From Deltaproteobacteria bacterium TL4 (GTDB lineage: Bacteria; SAR324; NAC60-12), in assembly GCA_051382335.1 (NCBI GenBank), contig JBBCAX010000112.1:1-37484 (forward strand): a stretch of DNA of 37,484 nt. Direction: 5' to 3'. This document shows positions 1 to 8,230 of this stretch, one piece after another (position 1 is the stretch's first letter; every line of letters begins with the position of its first letter). The notes beneath the pieces are model-generated. The model was given only the letters and a program-made list of their open reading frames with translations, made no database searches and had not been told where the DNA came from. A program made the position numbers and the translations under genes.

Positions 1-145
1 TCAAAACCAGTTCCTTTTCCAGCAGTTGCTCCACCAACTGAGCAATAAAAATTATCAGGTTTTATTCCCTAAAAAGACGCCCCTGAATGATATGGGTATT
101 GCGTTAGGCCAGGTTTACTACGCCTTAAGGACTCGGAAAATTTAA
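1..145 (+). CDS. hypF: Carbamoyltransferase HypF, C-terminal fragment (5' part lies outside the window)
   Basis: Hand translation from base 2 gives QNQFLFQQLLHQLSNKNYQVLFPKKTPLNDMGIALGQVYYALRTRKI*, stop TAA at 143-145. This matches the HypF C-terminal pattern QN...P.NDGGIALGQ. Not in the ORF track. Confidence 0.8.
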   Translation, partial: QNQFLFQQLLHQLSNKNYQVLFPKKTPLNDMGIALGQVYYALRTRKI

Positions 146-264
146 TTTCTCAAATAAGGTCACTCAAAAACAGAGAGTCTTCAAAAAATCCGAAAAATCT
201 GATGGCTATTGAAGAACGAGGTCTCGCAAAAATGCAGAGGGGACGCATCGTGATCGCCTTGGCG

Positions 265-1404
265 CTACGTTTTGGTTTGTATTTTATTTTCACTGAAATG
301 ACTCAAGTTTGCATCCCGTCCTGTCAGTTCTGAAAGTGCTGTAATGTTTTCTTGAAGCATCAGGGCTACTATCTCTTTTTTGATTTGCTTTACCACTCCC
401 GGTCCCTGGTAAATCAAGCCGGTGTAAACTTGTACCAAGGAAGCACCCGCGCAAAATTTCTCATAAGCGTCTTTCCCGTTAAACACGCCCCCTACTCCGA
501 TGATCGGAATGCTTCCCTGAAGTTCCCGATAAAGGGTACGAATGATTTCCGTTGATTTATCTTTTAAAGGCTTTCCACTCAAGCCTCCTGTTTCCTGGGT
601 ATGCGTTGAACTTCGCAAATGCTCTCTTTCAATCGTTGTATTGGTAGCGATCACCCCATCAACCGGATGTTTTTGAATCACCGCAATGATGTTCTGAAGG
701 CCTTCGGCCGTTAAATCCGGCGCGATTTTTAATAACAAGGGAATCTTTTTTCGGGAGTGTTCTGCCAAATCGTTACGAACTTGAAGTAAGTGGGCTAAGA
801 GCTTTTTTAAGGCGGTTTCCTGCTGTAAATCGCGAAGATTTTTAGTGTTGGGAGAGCTGATATTAATGACGATATAATGGGCATAAGGATACACCTTCCT
901 CAAACTGTACTCATAGTCATCTATCGCTTTTTCTACAGGCGTATCTTTGTTTTTTCCAATGTTGATGCCGAGTATCTGATGTGCTGAAGGTTGAGTCTCC
1001 AATGCTGTCACCAGCGCCTCCACCCCCTGATTATTGAACCCCATTCGATTGATCACAGCCTGATCTTGAACCAGGCGAAAGATCCGGGGTTTGGGATTAC
1101 CCGGCTGAGGGCGTGGGGTCACTGTTCCAATTTCCACGCTCCCAAACCCTAAATCAAAGAGAGCTTCGACTATTTGTCCCTCTTTATCAAACCCTGCCGC
1201 AAGTCCGACAGGGTTGGGAAACAGATATCCTAAGACGGATGTTTCTAAAAGAGGGTGCTCATATTTACAGAAGCAGGTAATCATTTTTCTAAAAAAAGAC
1301 CAGGTATAAAGCACACGAATTGTTCGCAGCATTCTTTCATGTGCGACTTCAGGATCCACCATAAAAATCAAAGGTTTTAACCAACGGTAAAGAATATTTA
1401 ACAC
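265..1404 (-). CDS. pyrD: Quinone-dependent dihydroorotate dehydrogenase (class 2)
   Basis: Motifs NPVGLAAGFDK, TPRPQPGNPKPR, INRMGFNN, NISSPNT, KIAPD, GGLSG; GTG start. Confidence 0.97.
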   Translation of the reverse strand: MLNILYRWLKPLIFMVDPEVAHERMLRTIRVLYTWSFFRKMITCFCKYEHPLLETSVLGYLFPNPVGLAAGFDKEGQIVEALFDLGFGSVEIGTVTPRPQPGNPKPRIFRLVQDQAVINRMGFNNQGVEALVTALETQPSAHQILGINIGKNKDTPVEKAIDDYEYSLRKVYPYAHYIVINISSPNTKNLRDLQQETALKKLLAHLLQVRNDLAEHSRKKIPLLLKIAPDLTAEGLQNIIAVIQKHPVDGVIATNTTIEREHLRSSTHTQETGGLSGKPLKDKSTEIIRTLYRELQGSIPIIGVGGVFNGKDAYEKFCAGASLVQVYTGLIYQGPGVVKQIKKEIVALMLQENITALSELTGRDANLSHFSENKIQTKT

Positions 1405-1652
1405 GAACTCTCCTTTCGGTTATCTCAGGGGAAAGAGATGTCAGCCTTTTTTTATTTTGACATTTTTCCGGTTTGAATCAAGAACGACCTTTTTAGAGAC
1501 AGGAATAGGTCAAACATGCTCCAAGATGTGAATTAAGATAAAAAATGACTTTCCATTTAGGTGAATATCATTAAGTTATGGAGCATACTTCAATTAAGCT
1601 GATAGATACAAGCTGATGATTTAACCTTTTTTTATATTTTTAAGGAGTTTTA

Positions 1653-3539
1653 ATGAGCGAAGACCAAGCACCTGAGGAAAAACATGAGTATCAAGCTGAA
1701 ATGAAAAAGCTTTTGGATATTTTAGTTCATTCCCTATACACTGAACGCGAAATTTTTCTAAGGGAATTAATTTCGAATGCGTCAGATGCACTCAGTAAAT
1801 TTCAATTTATTTCGCTGACAGAGCCCAACCTTCTTAATAAAGAAATCCCTCTTGAAATTAAAGTTTCATTTGATGAAAAAGAAAAAGTGATTACGGTTGA
1901 GGATTCTGGAATTGGGATGACCAAAGAAGAAATTATTGGTAATATCGGGACGGTTGCTAGTTCCGGGACGTTGAAATTTGTAAAAGACATGAAAAAGGGC
2001 GAAAAGAGTGTGGAAAACTTGATAGGTCAATTTGGAGTTGGCTTCTATTCAATTTTCATGGTGGCTCAAAAAGCTGTCCTTATTACTCGCTCTGCTCATA
2101 AAGACCAACAGGCCTGGGAGTGGACCTCCGAGGGTTCAGGAAGTTACACGTTAAAACCCTCTGATAAAAAAGAACGTGGGACCAAAGTTCAATTATTCCT
2201 GAAAGATGAAGCGTCTGAGTTTTGCGCCGAATATCGGTTGGAATCAATTATTAAAAAATACTCAAACTACATTCCTTTTCCTGTAGTTTTGAAGGAAAAA
2301 ACAATCAATAAAGTCAAAGCGCTTTGGACTTTGCCCAAGGAAGAGCTGAAAAAAGAGGATTACGATGATTTCTATAAACAATTGACGTATGACTATCAGG
2401 AACCCTTGCATTACCTTCATTTATCTATTGATGCACCGATTCAATATTACGCCACCTTGTATATCCCCAAACATATCACCAACGAAGTCCTTTATGCCCG
2501 TGAGGGGAAAGGCATTAGCCTCTATGCCCAAAGAGTCCTGATTCAACATGACAACCAGAACCTCTTGCCTTCCTATCTGCGATTTATTCGGGGCGTTGCC
2601 GATTCTGAAGATTTGCCGTTGAATGTTTCTCGAGAAAGTGTTCAAAACAATGCTTTAATCGAAAAAATCAAAAAAAGCCTCACCTCCCGAGTGCTCAAAG
2701 AATTGAAATCTTTGTCTGAAACTCATGTCGAAACCTACAATAACATCTGGAAAGAATATGGGATTTTGATCAAAGAAGGCGTTTCTTCAGATTTCGGGAA
2801 TCGGGATAAATTGATTGAGCTTTTGCGTTTCAATACCTCCATCAGCGACAATGCGGAACGCACTGTTTCGATCAAAGATTACGTAGGACGCATGCGTGAA
2901 GATCAAAAAGAAATCTATTACGCTATTGGCGCTACTCGCGAATCCGTATTGCATAATCCCAATCTTGAATATTTCAAGGAAAAAGGCCTGGAAGTGATCT
3001 TCCTGTTTGATCACATCGATGACTTTTTAATGTCAGACTTGAGAGAGTACGAAGGAAAATCCCTAAAGAGTATTTCTCAAAGTGATATCGAGGCCTTTAA
3101 AGGGGAGAAAGATCAACCCAAAGAAGGTGGATTATCAAAAGAGGAGGGCAAAGATTTTCTTAAGTATATCAAAGATTATCTGGGAGATCGGATATCCGAG
3201 GTTGTGTCTTCCACCCGCTTGGTTGGAAGTCCTTGTTCCTTGATCAATGCTGAGGCAGGAATGAGCTCTCACATGGAAAAAATGATGAAAATGGTGAATA
3301 AGGACTACACCATGGGGAAAAAGAATCTTGAAGTTAATTTAAACCATAAAATAATTTGTAATTTATCGAAATTGATGAAATCTAACAAAGATTCTGTTTT
3401 CATTAAAGAGAGTGTGGAACAATTGTATAAAAACGCACTTTTAGTTGAAGGACTCTTGGACAATCCGTCTGAAATCCTTCCTTCAGTGTACCGCTTTATG
3501 GAAGAGGCTTCTGAATTTCAAATTCAAAAATCTTCCTAA
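1653..3539 (+). CDS. htpG: Molecular chaperone HtpG (Hsp90)
   Basis: EIFLRELISNASDA, DSGIGMT, GQFGVGFYS, DLPLNVSRE; SD AAGGAG just upstream. Confidence 0.98.
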   Translation: MSEDQAPEEKHEYQAEMKKLLDILVHSLYTEREIFLRELISNASDALSKFQFISLTEPNLLNKEIPLEIKVSFDEKEKVITVEDSGIGMTKEEIIGNIGTVASSGTLKFVKDMKKGEKSVENLIGQFGVGFYSIFMVAQKAVLITRSAHKDQQAWEWTSEGSGSYTLKPSDKKERGTKVQLFLKDEASEFCAEYRLESIIKKYSNYIPFPVVLKEKTINKVKALWTLPKEELKKEDYDDFYKQLTYDYQEPLHYLHLSIDAPIQYYATLYIPKHITNEVLYAREGKGISLYAQRVLIQHDNQNLLPSYLRFIRGVADSEDLPLNVSRESVQNNALIEKIKKSLTSRVLKELKSLSETHVETYNNIWKEYGILIKEGVSSDFGNRDKLIELLRFNTSISDNAERTVSIKDYVGRMREDQKEIYYAIGATRESVLHNPNLEYFKEKGLEVIFLFDHIDDFLMSDLREYEGKSLKSISQSDIEAFKGEKDQPKEGGLSKEEGKDFLKYIKDYLGDRISEVVSSTRLVGSPCSLINAEAGMSSHMEKMMKMVNKDYTMGKKNLEVNLNHKIICNLSKLMKSNKDSVFIKESVEQLYKNALLVEGLLDNPSEILPSVYRFMEEASEFQIQKSS

Positions 3540-3547
3540 ATCCTTCA

Positions 3548-3573
3548 ACGTATCCGCTCATTGGCGGATACGT
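3548..3573 (+). other. Perfect 10-bp intergenic hairpin between htpG and lon
   Basis: ACGTATCCGC-TCATTG-GCGGATACGT, followed only by CCTTATT (poor U-tract). Confidence 0.7.
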
Positions 3574-3590
3574 CCTTATTCAAAATAACC

Positions 3591-6065
3591 ATGCCATACA
3601 AGAAAAATCGTCAGAGCATCGAAAAACAAAAACCTTCAGAGAATATTCTACTCGTTGATTCTGACGGTACTGTCGTTTCTATTGATCATCTTCCTAAAAA
3701 AATTCCGATCCTTCCTATTTTTCAACGCCCCATTTTTCCGGGGGTTTTGACCATGGTTGGGTGTGACCCCAAAACAGGGGAATGGTTGAAAAGACAGCTG
3801 GAAGATTCAGACAAAATCGTTGGTTTACTCCTCGTTAATCCCAAAAAGAGAACGGAAACAGGTTATCTTGAAATTAAATCCGCTTCCCAGTTTTTTCGAG
3901 TAGGTACTGTTGCTTATGTACTTCACTGGGCAGAACTTCCTGATAAAAGCTGTCAGTTTATGATGAGTACTTTGCAGCGGTTTCAAGTCTCCAGATTTAG
4001 TAAAAGCGAAGGCTACTTTAAGGCTGAAGTTGCTTATGTGGAAGAAGTGGAACCTGAATTGACGGATCAAATAAAGGCTAGTGCCGCGGCGATAGTCTCT
4101 ACTTTGAAGGAACTGCTTCCTCATAATCCGATCTTTACTCAGGAAATGAGTTACTTGCTTTCGCAAGTCGATATTCATGAACCCCTATTATTGACCGATT
4201 TGGCGGCAATGATGACCAATGCCAGTGGAGTAAAATTACAGGAGATTTTAGAAGCCAAAGACATCAAAAACCGGATGGAACAAACGTTACTGCTTCTTCG
4301 GGAAGAATATGATTTGAGTTTATTGAAAGAAAAAATCAGTCAAAATATTGAAGAACGGATGTCCAAACATCAACGGGAATATTTTCTGAAAGAACAACTC
4401 AGTGCCATTAAACTGGAATTAGGCATCGAACAAGATCATAAACATTTGGGCTTGATGCGCTTTCGCGAACGGTTCGAAACATTACAACTCAGTAACGAAG
4501 CCAAAGAAAAAGTGGAACAAGAGTTGGAACGTTATGAGATGTTGGATGAACAATCTCCGGAAATTCAAATCATTCATCAATATTTAGATTGTCTGGCATC
4601 GCTACCCTGGCAAATTTACACCAAAGATCAATTGGCCATCACACAAGCAGAACGAATATTAAAACAAAATCATCTGGGTTTGGATGATGTCAAAAAAAGA
4701 ATTCTGGAATTTATTGGAGTGAGTAAACTTAGAGGTAGCGTCAAAGGTGCTATTTTATGCTTTGTTGGTCCGCCAGGTGTGGGGAAAACCTCCATGGGGC
4801 AATCCATCGCTAATGCTTTAGGCCGAAAATTTTACCGTTTTTCTGTAGGTGGTATCTATGACGAATCCGAGTTAAAAGGGCATCGTCGCACTTATGTGGG
4901 TGCCATGCCTGGACGCTTGATTCAAGCACTGCGAACAGTAAAGTCTGCGAATCCCGTTATTATGCTTGATGAAGTCGATAAAATGAGCCAAGGGTATCGT
5001 GGAAATCCCTATGCGGTCTTATTGGAGATTCTCGACCCTGAACAAAATCAAGGTTTCTTGGATCACTACCTTGATGTTAGGTTTGACCTTTCTCAGGTTT
5101 TGTTCATTGTGACGGCTAATACACTGGACCCCCTTCCTCCCGCGCTTGTGAATCGAATGGAAGTGTTACGGTTATCGGGATATGTCATTGAAGAAAAAAT
5201 CGAAATCGCGCAACGGTATCTGGTACCTCGAGTATTGGATAAATGTGGGTTGACCACAAAAAAACTTCATTTCTCCAAGTTTTCTTTGCAAAAAATTGCG
5301 ATCGAGTATGCAAGAGAACTGGGGGTACGAACCTTAGAAAAGAAAATTGAAGACATTGCAAGAGCCGTTGCGGTTGAATATGCGCGGGGTAAGAAAAATG
5401 TAACCACAACCATTACGCCCAAGGTGATTCTTCAATATTTAGGCCCCCCAATTTTTACCGAAGAATTTTTGCATAAAACCCTGCTTCCTGGGGTTGTTCG
5501 AGGGTTGGCGTGGACGAGCATTGGGGGCACCAGTCTTTTCATCGAGTCCATTCTTTCCTCAGGATCTGGGGGAAGCTTTAAACTTACGGGACAATTGGGG
5601 GAGGTCATGAAAGAATCCTCTGCAATAGCGCATAGTTATGTGCAGACGATTTTGAAGAATATTTCGGGAAAGGCTCAGTTTTTGAGGAAAAACGCAGTAC
5701 ACCTTCATGTCCCTGAAGGCGCTACCCCGAAAGATGGTCCCTCGGCTGGAATTGCTATTGCAACCAGCTTGCTTTCATTGGCCTTGGGAAAAGCGGTTCC
5801 ACCGAATATGGCAATGAGTGGTGAGCTGACGTTGTCCGGTTATGTCCTGCCCGTCGGAGGGATCAAAGAAAAAATGGTGGGTGCCAAACTCGCAGAAATT
5901 GATTTTATCATCTTTCCTGCCGCAAACAGGCACGAGTATGAAACGTTGCCGGATCTCTTGAAAAAAGATTTGAAAATTCATTTTGTTTCTCATTACTATG
6001 AAGTCGCTAAAATTGCGTTGGATTTAGACCTGCCCTCTAACTCTTTATGTCCTTTGAGTGAGTGA
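3591..6065 (+). CDS. lon: ATP-dependent Lon protease (endopeptidase La)
   Basis: LON N-domain, Walker A GPPGVGKT, RRTYVGAMPG, Walker B MLDEVDK, catalytic PKDGPSAG and GGIKEK. ATG 3591 preferred over TTG 3561, which lies in a hairpin loop. Confidence 0.96.
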   Translation: MPYKKNRQSIEKQKPSENILLVDSDGTVVSIDHLPKKIPILPIFQRPIFPGVLTMVGCDPKTGEWLKRQLEDSDKIVGLLLVNPKKRTETGYLEIKSASQFFRVGTVAYVLHWAELPDKSCQFMMSTLQRFQVSRFSKSEGYFKAEVAYVEEVEPELTDQIKASAAAIVSTLKELLPHNPIFTQEMSYLLSQVDIHEPLLLTDLAAMMTNASGVKLQEILEAKDIKNRMEQTLLLLREEYDLSLLKEKISQNIEERMSKHQREYFLKEQLSAIKLELGIEQDHKHLGLMRFRERFETLQLSNEAKEKVEQELERYEMLDEQSPEIQIIHQYLDCLASLPWQIYTKDQLAITQAERILKQNHLGLDDVKKRILEFIGVSKLRGSVKGAILCFVGPPGVGKTSMGQSIANALGRKFYRFSVGGIYDESELKGHRRTYVGAMPGRLIQALRTVKSANPVIMLDEVDKMSQGYRGNPYAVLLEILDPEQNQGFLDHYLDVRFDLSQVLFIVTANTLDPLPPALVNRMEVLRLSGYVIEEKIEIAQRYLVPRVLDKCGLTTKKLHFSKFSLQKIAIEYARELGVRTLEKKIEDIARAVAVEYARGKKNVTTTITPKVILQYLGPPIFTEEFLHKTLLPGVVRGLAWTSIGGTSLFIESILSSGSGGSFKLTGQLGEVMKESSAIAHSYVQTILKNISGKAQFLRKNAVHLHVPEGATPKDGPSAGIAIATSLLSLALGKAVPPNMAMSGELTLSGYVLPVGGIKEKMVGAKLAEIDFIIFPAANRHEYETLPDLLKKDLKIHFVSHYYEVAKIALDLDLPSNSLCPLSE

Positions 6066-6110
6066 ATTTTTTATTTTTGGTGTTAACTTGGTTTTCTTTT
6101 TGGATTGTTA

Positions 6111-6788
6111 ATGAAAAAATTTATAGCATCTATTGGAATATTAATCTGGAAAGACGTTATTATTGATCTACGGAGAAAGGAAAATTTCCTTTCCATGTTT
6201 TTTTTCTCGGTTTTGACATTGTTGATTTTTTATTTTGCAATGGGAGATCGACCGCATGCGTTTCAAATTGCCGCTCCAGGGATTATTTGGGTCGCATTTT
6301 TGATGGCCGGTATTCTGGGTTTGAATAAGTCATTTGCTCAGGAAATAGAAAATGGATGTTTGGGAGGAATCTTGTTAACGCCTGTAGATCGGGGGTCCCT
6401 CTTCATTGGAAAAATGTTAGGAACTACTTTGTTTTTAACACTCCTGCAATTGCTCCTTATTCCACTATGTATTCTCTTTTTTGGAATAATGCCTCAACAT
6501 TGGGGAAGTCTGATTGCGGTTCTTGTCGCAGGGACTTTAGGCTTTACTTCTTTAGGGACGCTGCTTGCCTCGATGACTGCCACCTTAAAAGGAAAGGAAG
6601 TCCTTTTACCCATCCTCTTATTTCCCCTCATGATTCCAAGCCTCATCAGTGTAGCTAAAATCACAACTTTTGTTTTTTTTGATGGAAATCCACAAGACGT
6701 CCTCATCTGGTGGAAACTCGTTCTTGGATTTGATGTCATTTTTATGGTTGTCTCTTACCTCGGATTCGAATTTGTGACCGAAGAGTAA
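6111..6788 (+). CDS. ccmB: Heme exporter protein CcmB
   Basis: About six hydrophobic segments; WKD...R, PGIIW, F..E.ENG.L, EVLLPILLFPL..P patterns typical of CcmB. Confidence 0.88.
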   Translation: MKKFIASIGILIWKDVIIDLRRKENFLSMFFFSVLTLLIFYFAMGDRPHAFQIAAPGIIWVAFLMAGILGLNKSFAQEIENGCLGGILLTPVDRGSLFIGKMLGTTLFLTLLQLLLIPLCILFFGIMPQHWGSLIAVLVAGTLGFTSLGTLLASMTATLKGKEVLLPILLFPLMIPSLISVAKITTFVFFDGNPQDVLIWWKLVLGFDVIFMVVSYLGFEFVTEE

Positions 6789-6843
6789 AGCGATTGGGCC
6801 TAAACCAAAGAAAATGTGCGGTTGCGGGAAAAAAAATAACGTT

Positions 6844-6865
6844 ATATATCAATGCGTTGATATAT
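6844..6865. promoter_or_regulatory. Inverted repeat containing an IHF-consensus match
   Basis: ATATATCAA-TGCG-TTGATATAT; TATCAATGCGTTG fits WATCAANNNNTTR on both strands. Confidence 0.5.
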
Positions 6866-6890
6866 TTTTTGTGCAGATGCACAAAAAATA
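6863..6890. promoter_or_regulatory. Perfect palindrome (13-bp arms), putative PhaR-type operator
   Basis: TATTTTTTGTGCA-GA-TGCACAAAAAATA with core TGC-N4-GCA, ending 2 bp before a -35 box. Confidence 0.6.
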
Positions 6891-6892
6891 AA

Positions 6893-6922
6893 TTGACATT
6901 AGATCAATGAAAACGCTATGCT
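6893..6922 (+). promoter_or_regulatory. Sigma70-type promoter of the phasin-like gene
   Basis: TTGACA (6893-6898), 18-nt spacer, TATGCT (6917-6922). Confidence 0.65.
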
Positions 6923-7020
6923 GTCTCGCATAGAGATTGAAGAAAGTTTGAAAGAAAATTTTCTGAGAGGTTTTTTCATCAGAGAATCGTTTACCCTTCT
7001 TCCTTATTTTTTATTAATTT

Positions 7021-7656
7021 ATGAATAACAACATTAAGAGTGATGATATGTCAAACATAAAAGAAATGGGTCATGAATACCAAGAATCTCTCATTAAGGG
7101 GATAGATTCTTTATTTGCACTACAAAAACAGTTGATTGAAAGTACTTTTGAACTTTACGAGAAAGGACTGACAGCTCGTGAAAATGGATACGGAAAAACA
7201 AAGAAAAAAGTTATAAAAGTGACAGATCAGCTGGAAAAACAACTGAATAAAGGGCAAGATAATGTATCTTCAGCACTGAATAAATTTGCGGATAAATATG
7301 TTCCTGATTCTAAAGAACGTCTGGAAAAGATAGACAAATTGGTTCAAGACAATTTGGACAAACTCGTGGATCAAGTGAAGTCGCTGTTGGCCGATAATGT
7401 TGACCAAAATATTCAAAAAACTTTCAATTATGAAAAAGAACTTCTCAATAAAATCAGGGAGCTTTTTGAAAAAAACATTTTGAACTATCAAAGCCAGGTT
7501 AAAAACTTAATTAGCAGTGAAAACTCAACCTCTGCTGAGGGAGCCACAGCGACTAAAAAACCCGCGGCAGCTAAACCTGCAATGGCGGCGAAGAAGCCAG
7601 CGAAGAAGTCTACAACTACTGCCGCTAAGAAACCTGCAGACTCAGCGAAAACTTGA
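7021..7656 (+). CDS. Phasin/PhaF-like protein: helical body plus histone-H1-like AAKP tail (start may be ATG 7048)
   Basis: Long amphipathic helical region followed by KKPAAAKPAMAAKKPAKKSTTTAAKKPA; TGC-N-GCA palindromes upstream. Family call is inferred. Confidence 0.55.
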   Translation: MNNNIKSDDMSNIKEMGHEYQESLIKGIDSLFALQKQLIESTFELYEKGLTARENGYGKTKKKVIKVTDQLEKQLNKGQDNVSSALNKFADKYVPDSKERLEKIDKLVQDNLDKLVDQVKSLLADNVDQNIQKTFNYEKELLNKIRELFEKNILNYQSQVKNLISSENSTSAEGATATKKPAAAKPAMAAKKPAKKSTTTAAKKPADSAKT

Positions 7657-7721
7657 TCCGATGAATAAACCACTTCGAAAAATTAGTTGTTTAAAGCTGA
7701 AAGCATATTAAGAGGGTAATT

Positions 7722-7934
7722 ATGTCGGATAAGCAGTTGTATTTAGATAAGATAACTAGAGAAGAAATCAAAGAGGCAATGCAGCGTTTCTTTGAAAAAG
7801 GAGGGGAAATCAACAAAATTGAAGGGATTCCTAACCCTTTGCTGGATGATGATTCTTCCGATACATCAGATTCATTTTTGCATGAAGATCCTAGTTTTTG
7901 TCAGGTAAGTACCAGTACTTCAATTGATAGTTAG
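7722..7934 (+). CDS. Small acidic protein with SutA-like RNAP-binding helix motif
   Basis: SD-like AAGAGG before the ATG. REEIKEAMQRFFEKGGEINKIE resembles the SutA core (AMEEFLSRGGKVQEIE, recalled). D/S-rich tail. Confidence 0.55.
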   Translation: MSDKQLYLDKITREEIKEAMQRFFEKGGEINKIEGIPNPLLDDDSSDTSDSFLHEDPSFCQVSTSTSIDS

Positions 7935-7966
7935 TCTATCATTGCGGGTGCTGATCCAGATTCAGT

Positions 7967-7980
7967 CCCCCCCCCCCCCC
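7967..7980. repeat. C14 homopolymer
   Basis: 14 consecutive C in an intergenic region. Confidence 0.9.
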
Positions 7981-7981
7981 T

Positions 7982-8175
7982 CTGCCTATTTTCGTGGGTA
8001 GTTGTTAGCCGAGCTCTCTCGTCCTCCCTGTTGAGCGAGGCCATTTATACCAAACCGTGTCAAGGACTTTACTTAAGCTTTTCTCCCCTTGCTTGAGTAA
8101 GAGGTTGACCTCTATGTCTGGACACACGGGTTGTTCCTCACTTGGGTTTTTCTCCCCTGGACTCAAGTGGGGAAC
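7982..8175 (+). ncRNA. Candidate structured RNA (sRNA or 3' UTR element) with C-rich loops
   Basis: Five hairpins. Non-Watson-Crick stem positions in three of them are all G-U on the + strand. Loop 11-mer TTTTCTCCCCT occurs twice and TCCTCCC once. Confidence 0.5.
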
Positions 8176-8230
8176 TTGCTATCCTCAGAAATACTTTCAC
8201 ACCTTAAAATCTAACAAGCATCGCTGTTTT

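Noticed and set aside
232..268. Possible degenerate GTAG-type REP at the pyrD 3' end
   Set aside because: Arms pair poorly and there is only one copy.
1405..1652. CIRCE or sigma32 element upstream of htpG
   Set aside because: No TTAGCACTC-N9-GAGTGCTAA and no clean CTTGAA/CCCCAT pair; the ATGCTCCA/TGGAGCAT arms are too far apart to trust.
7982..8175. CsrB/RsmZ-like RNA on the minus strand (GGA loops), or a CRISPR array
   Set aside because: The G-U pairs become A-C mismatches on the minus strand, and there are only two identical 11-mers with no repeat-spacer periodicity.
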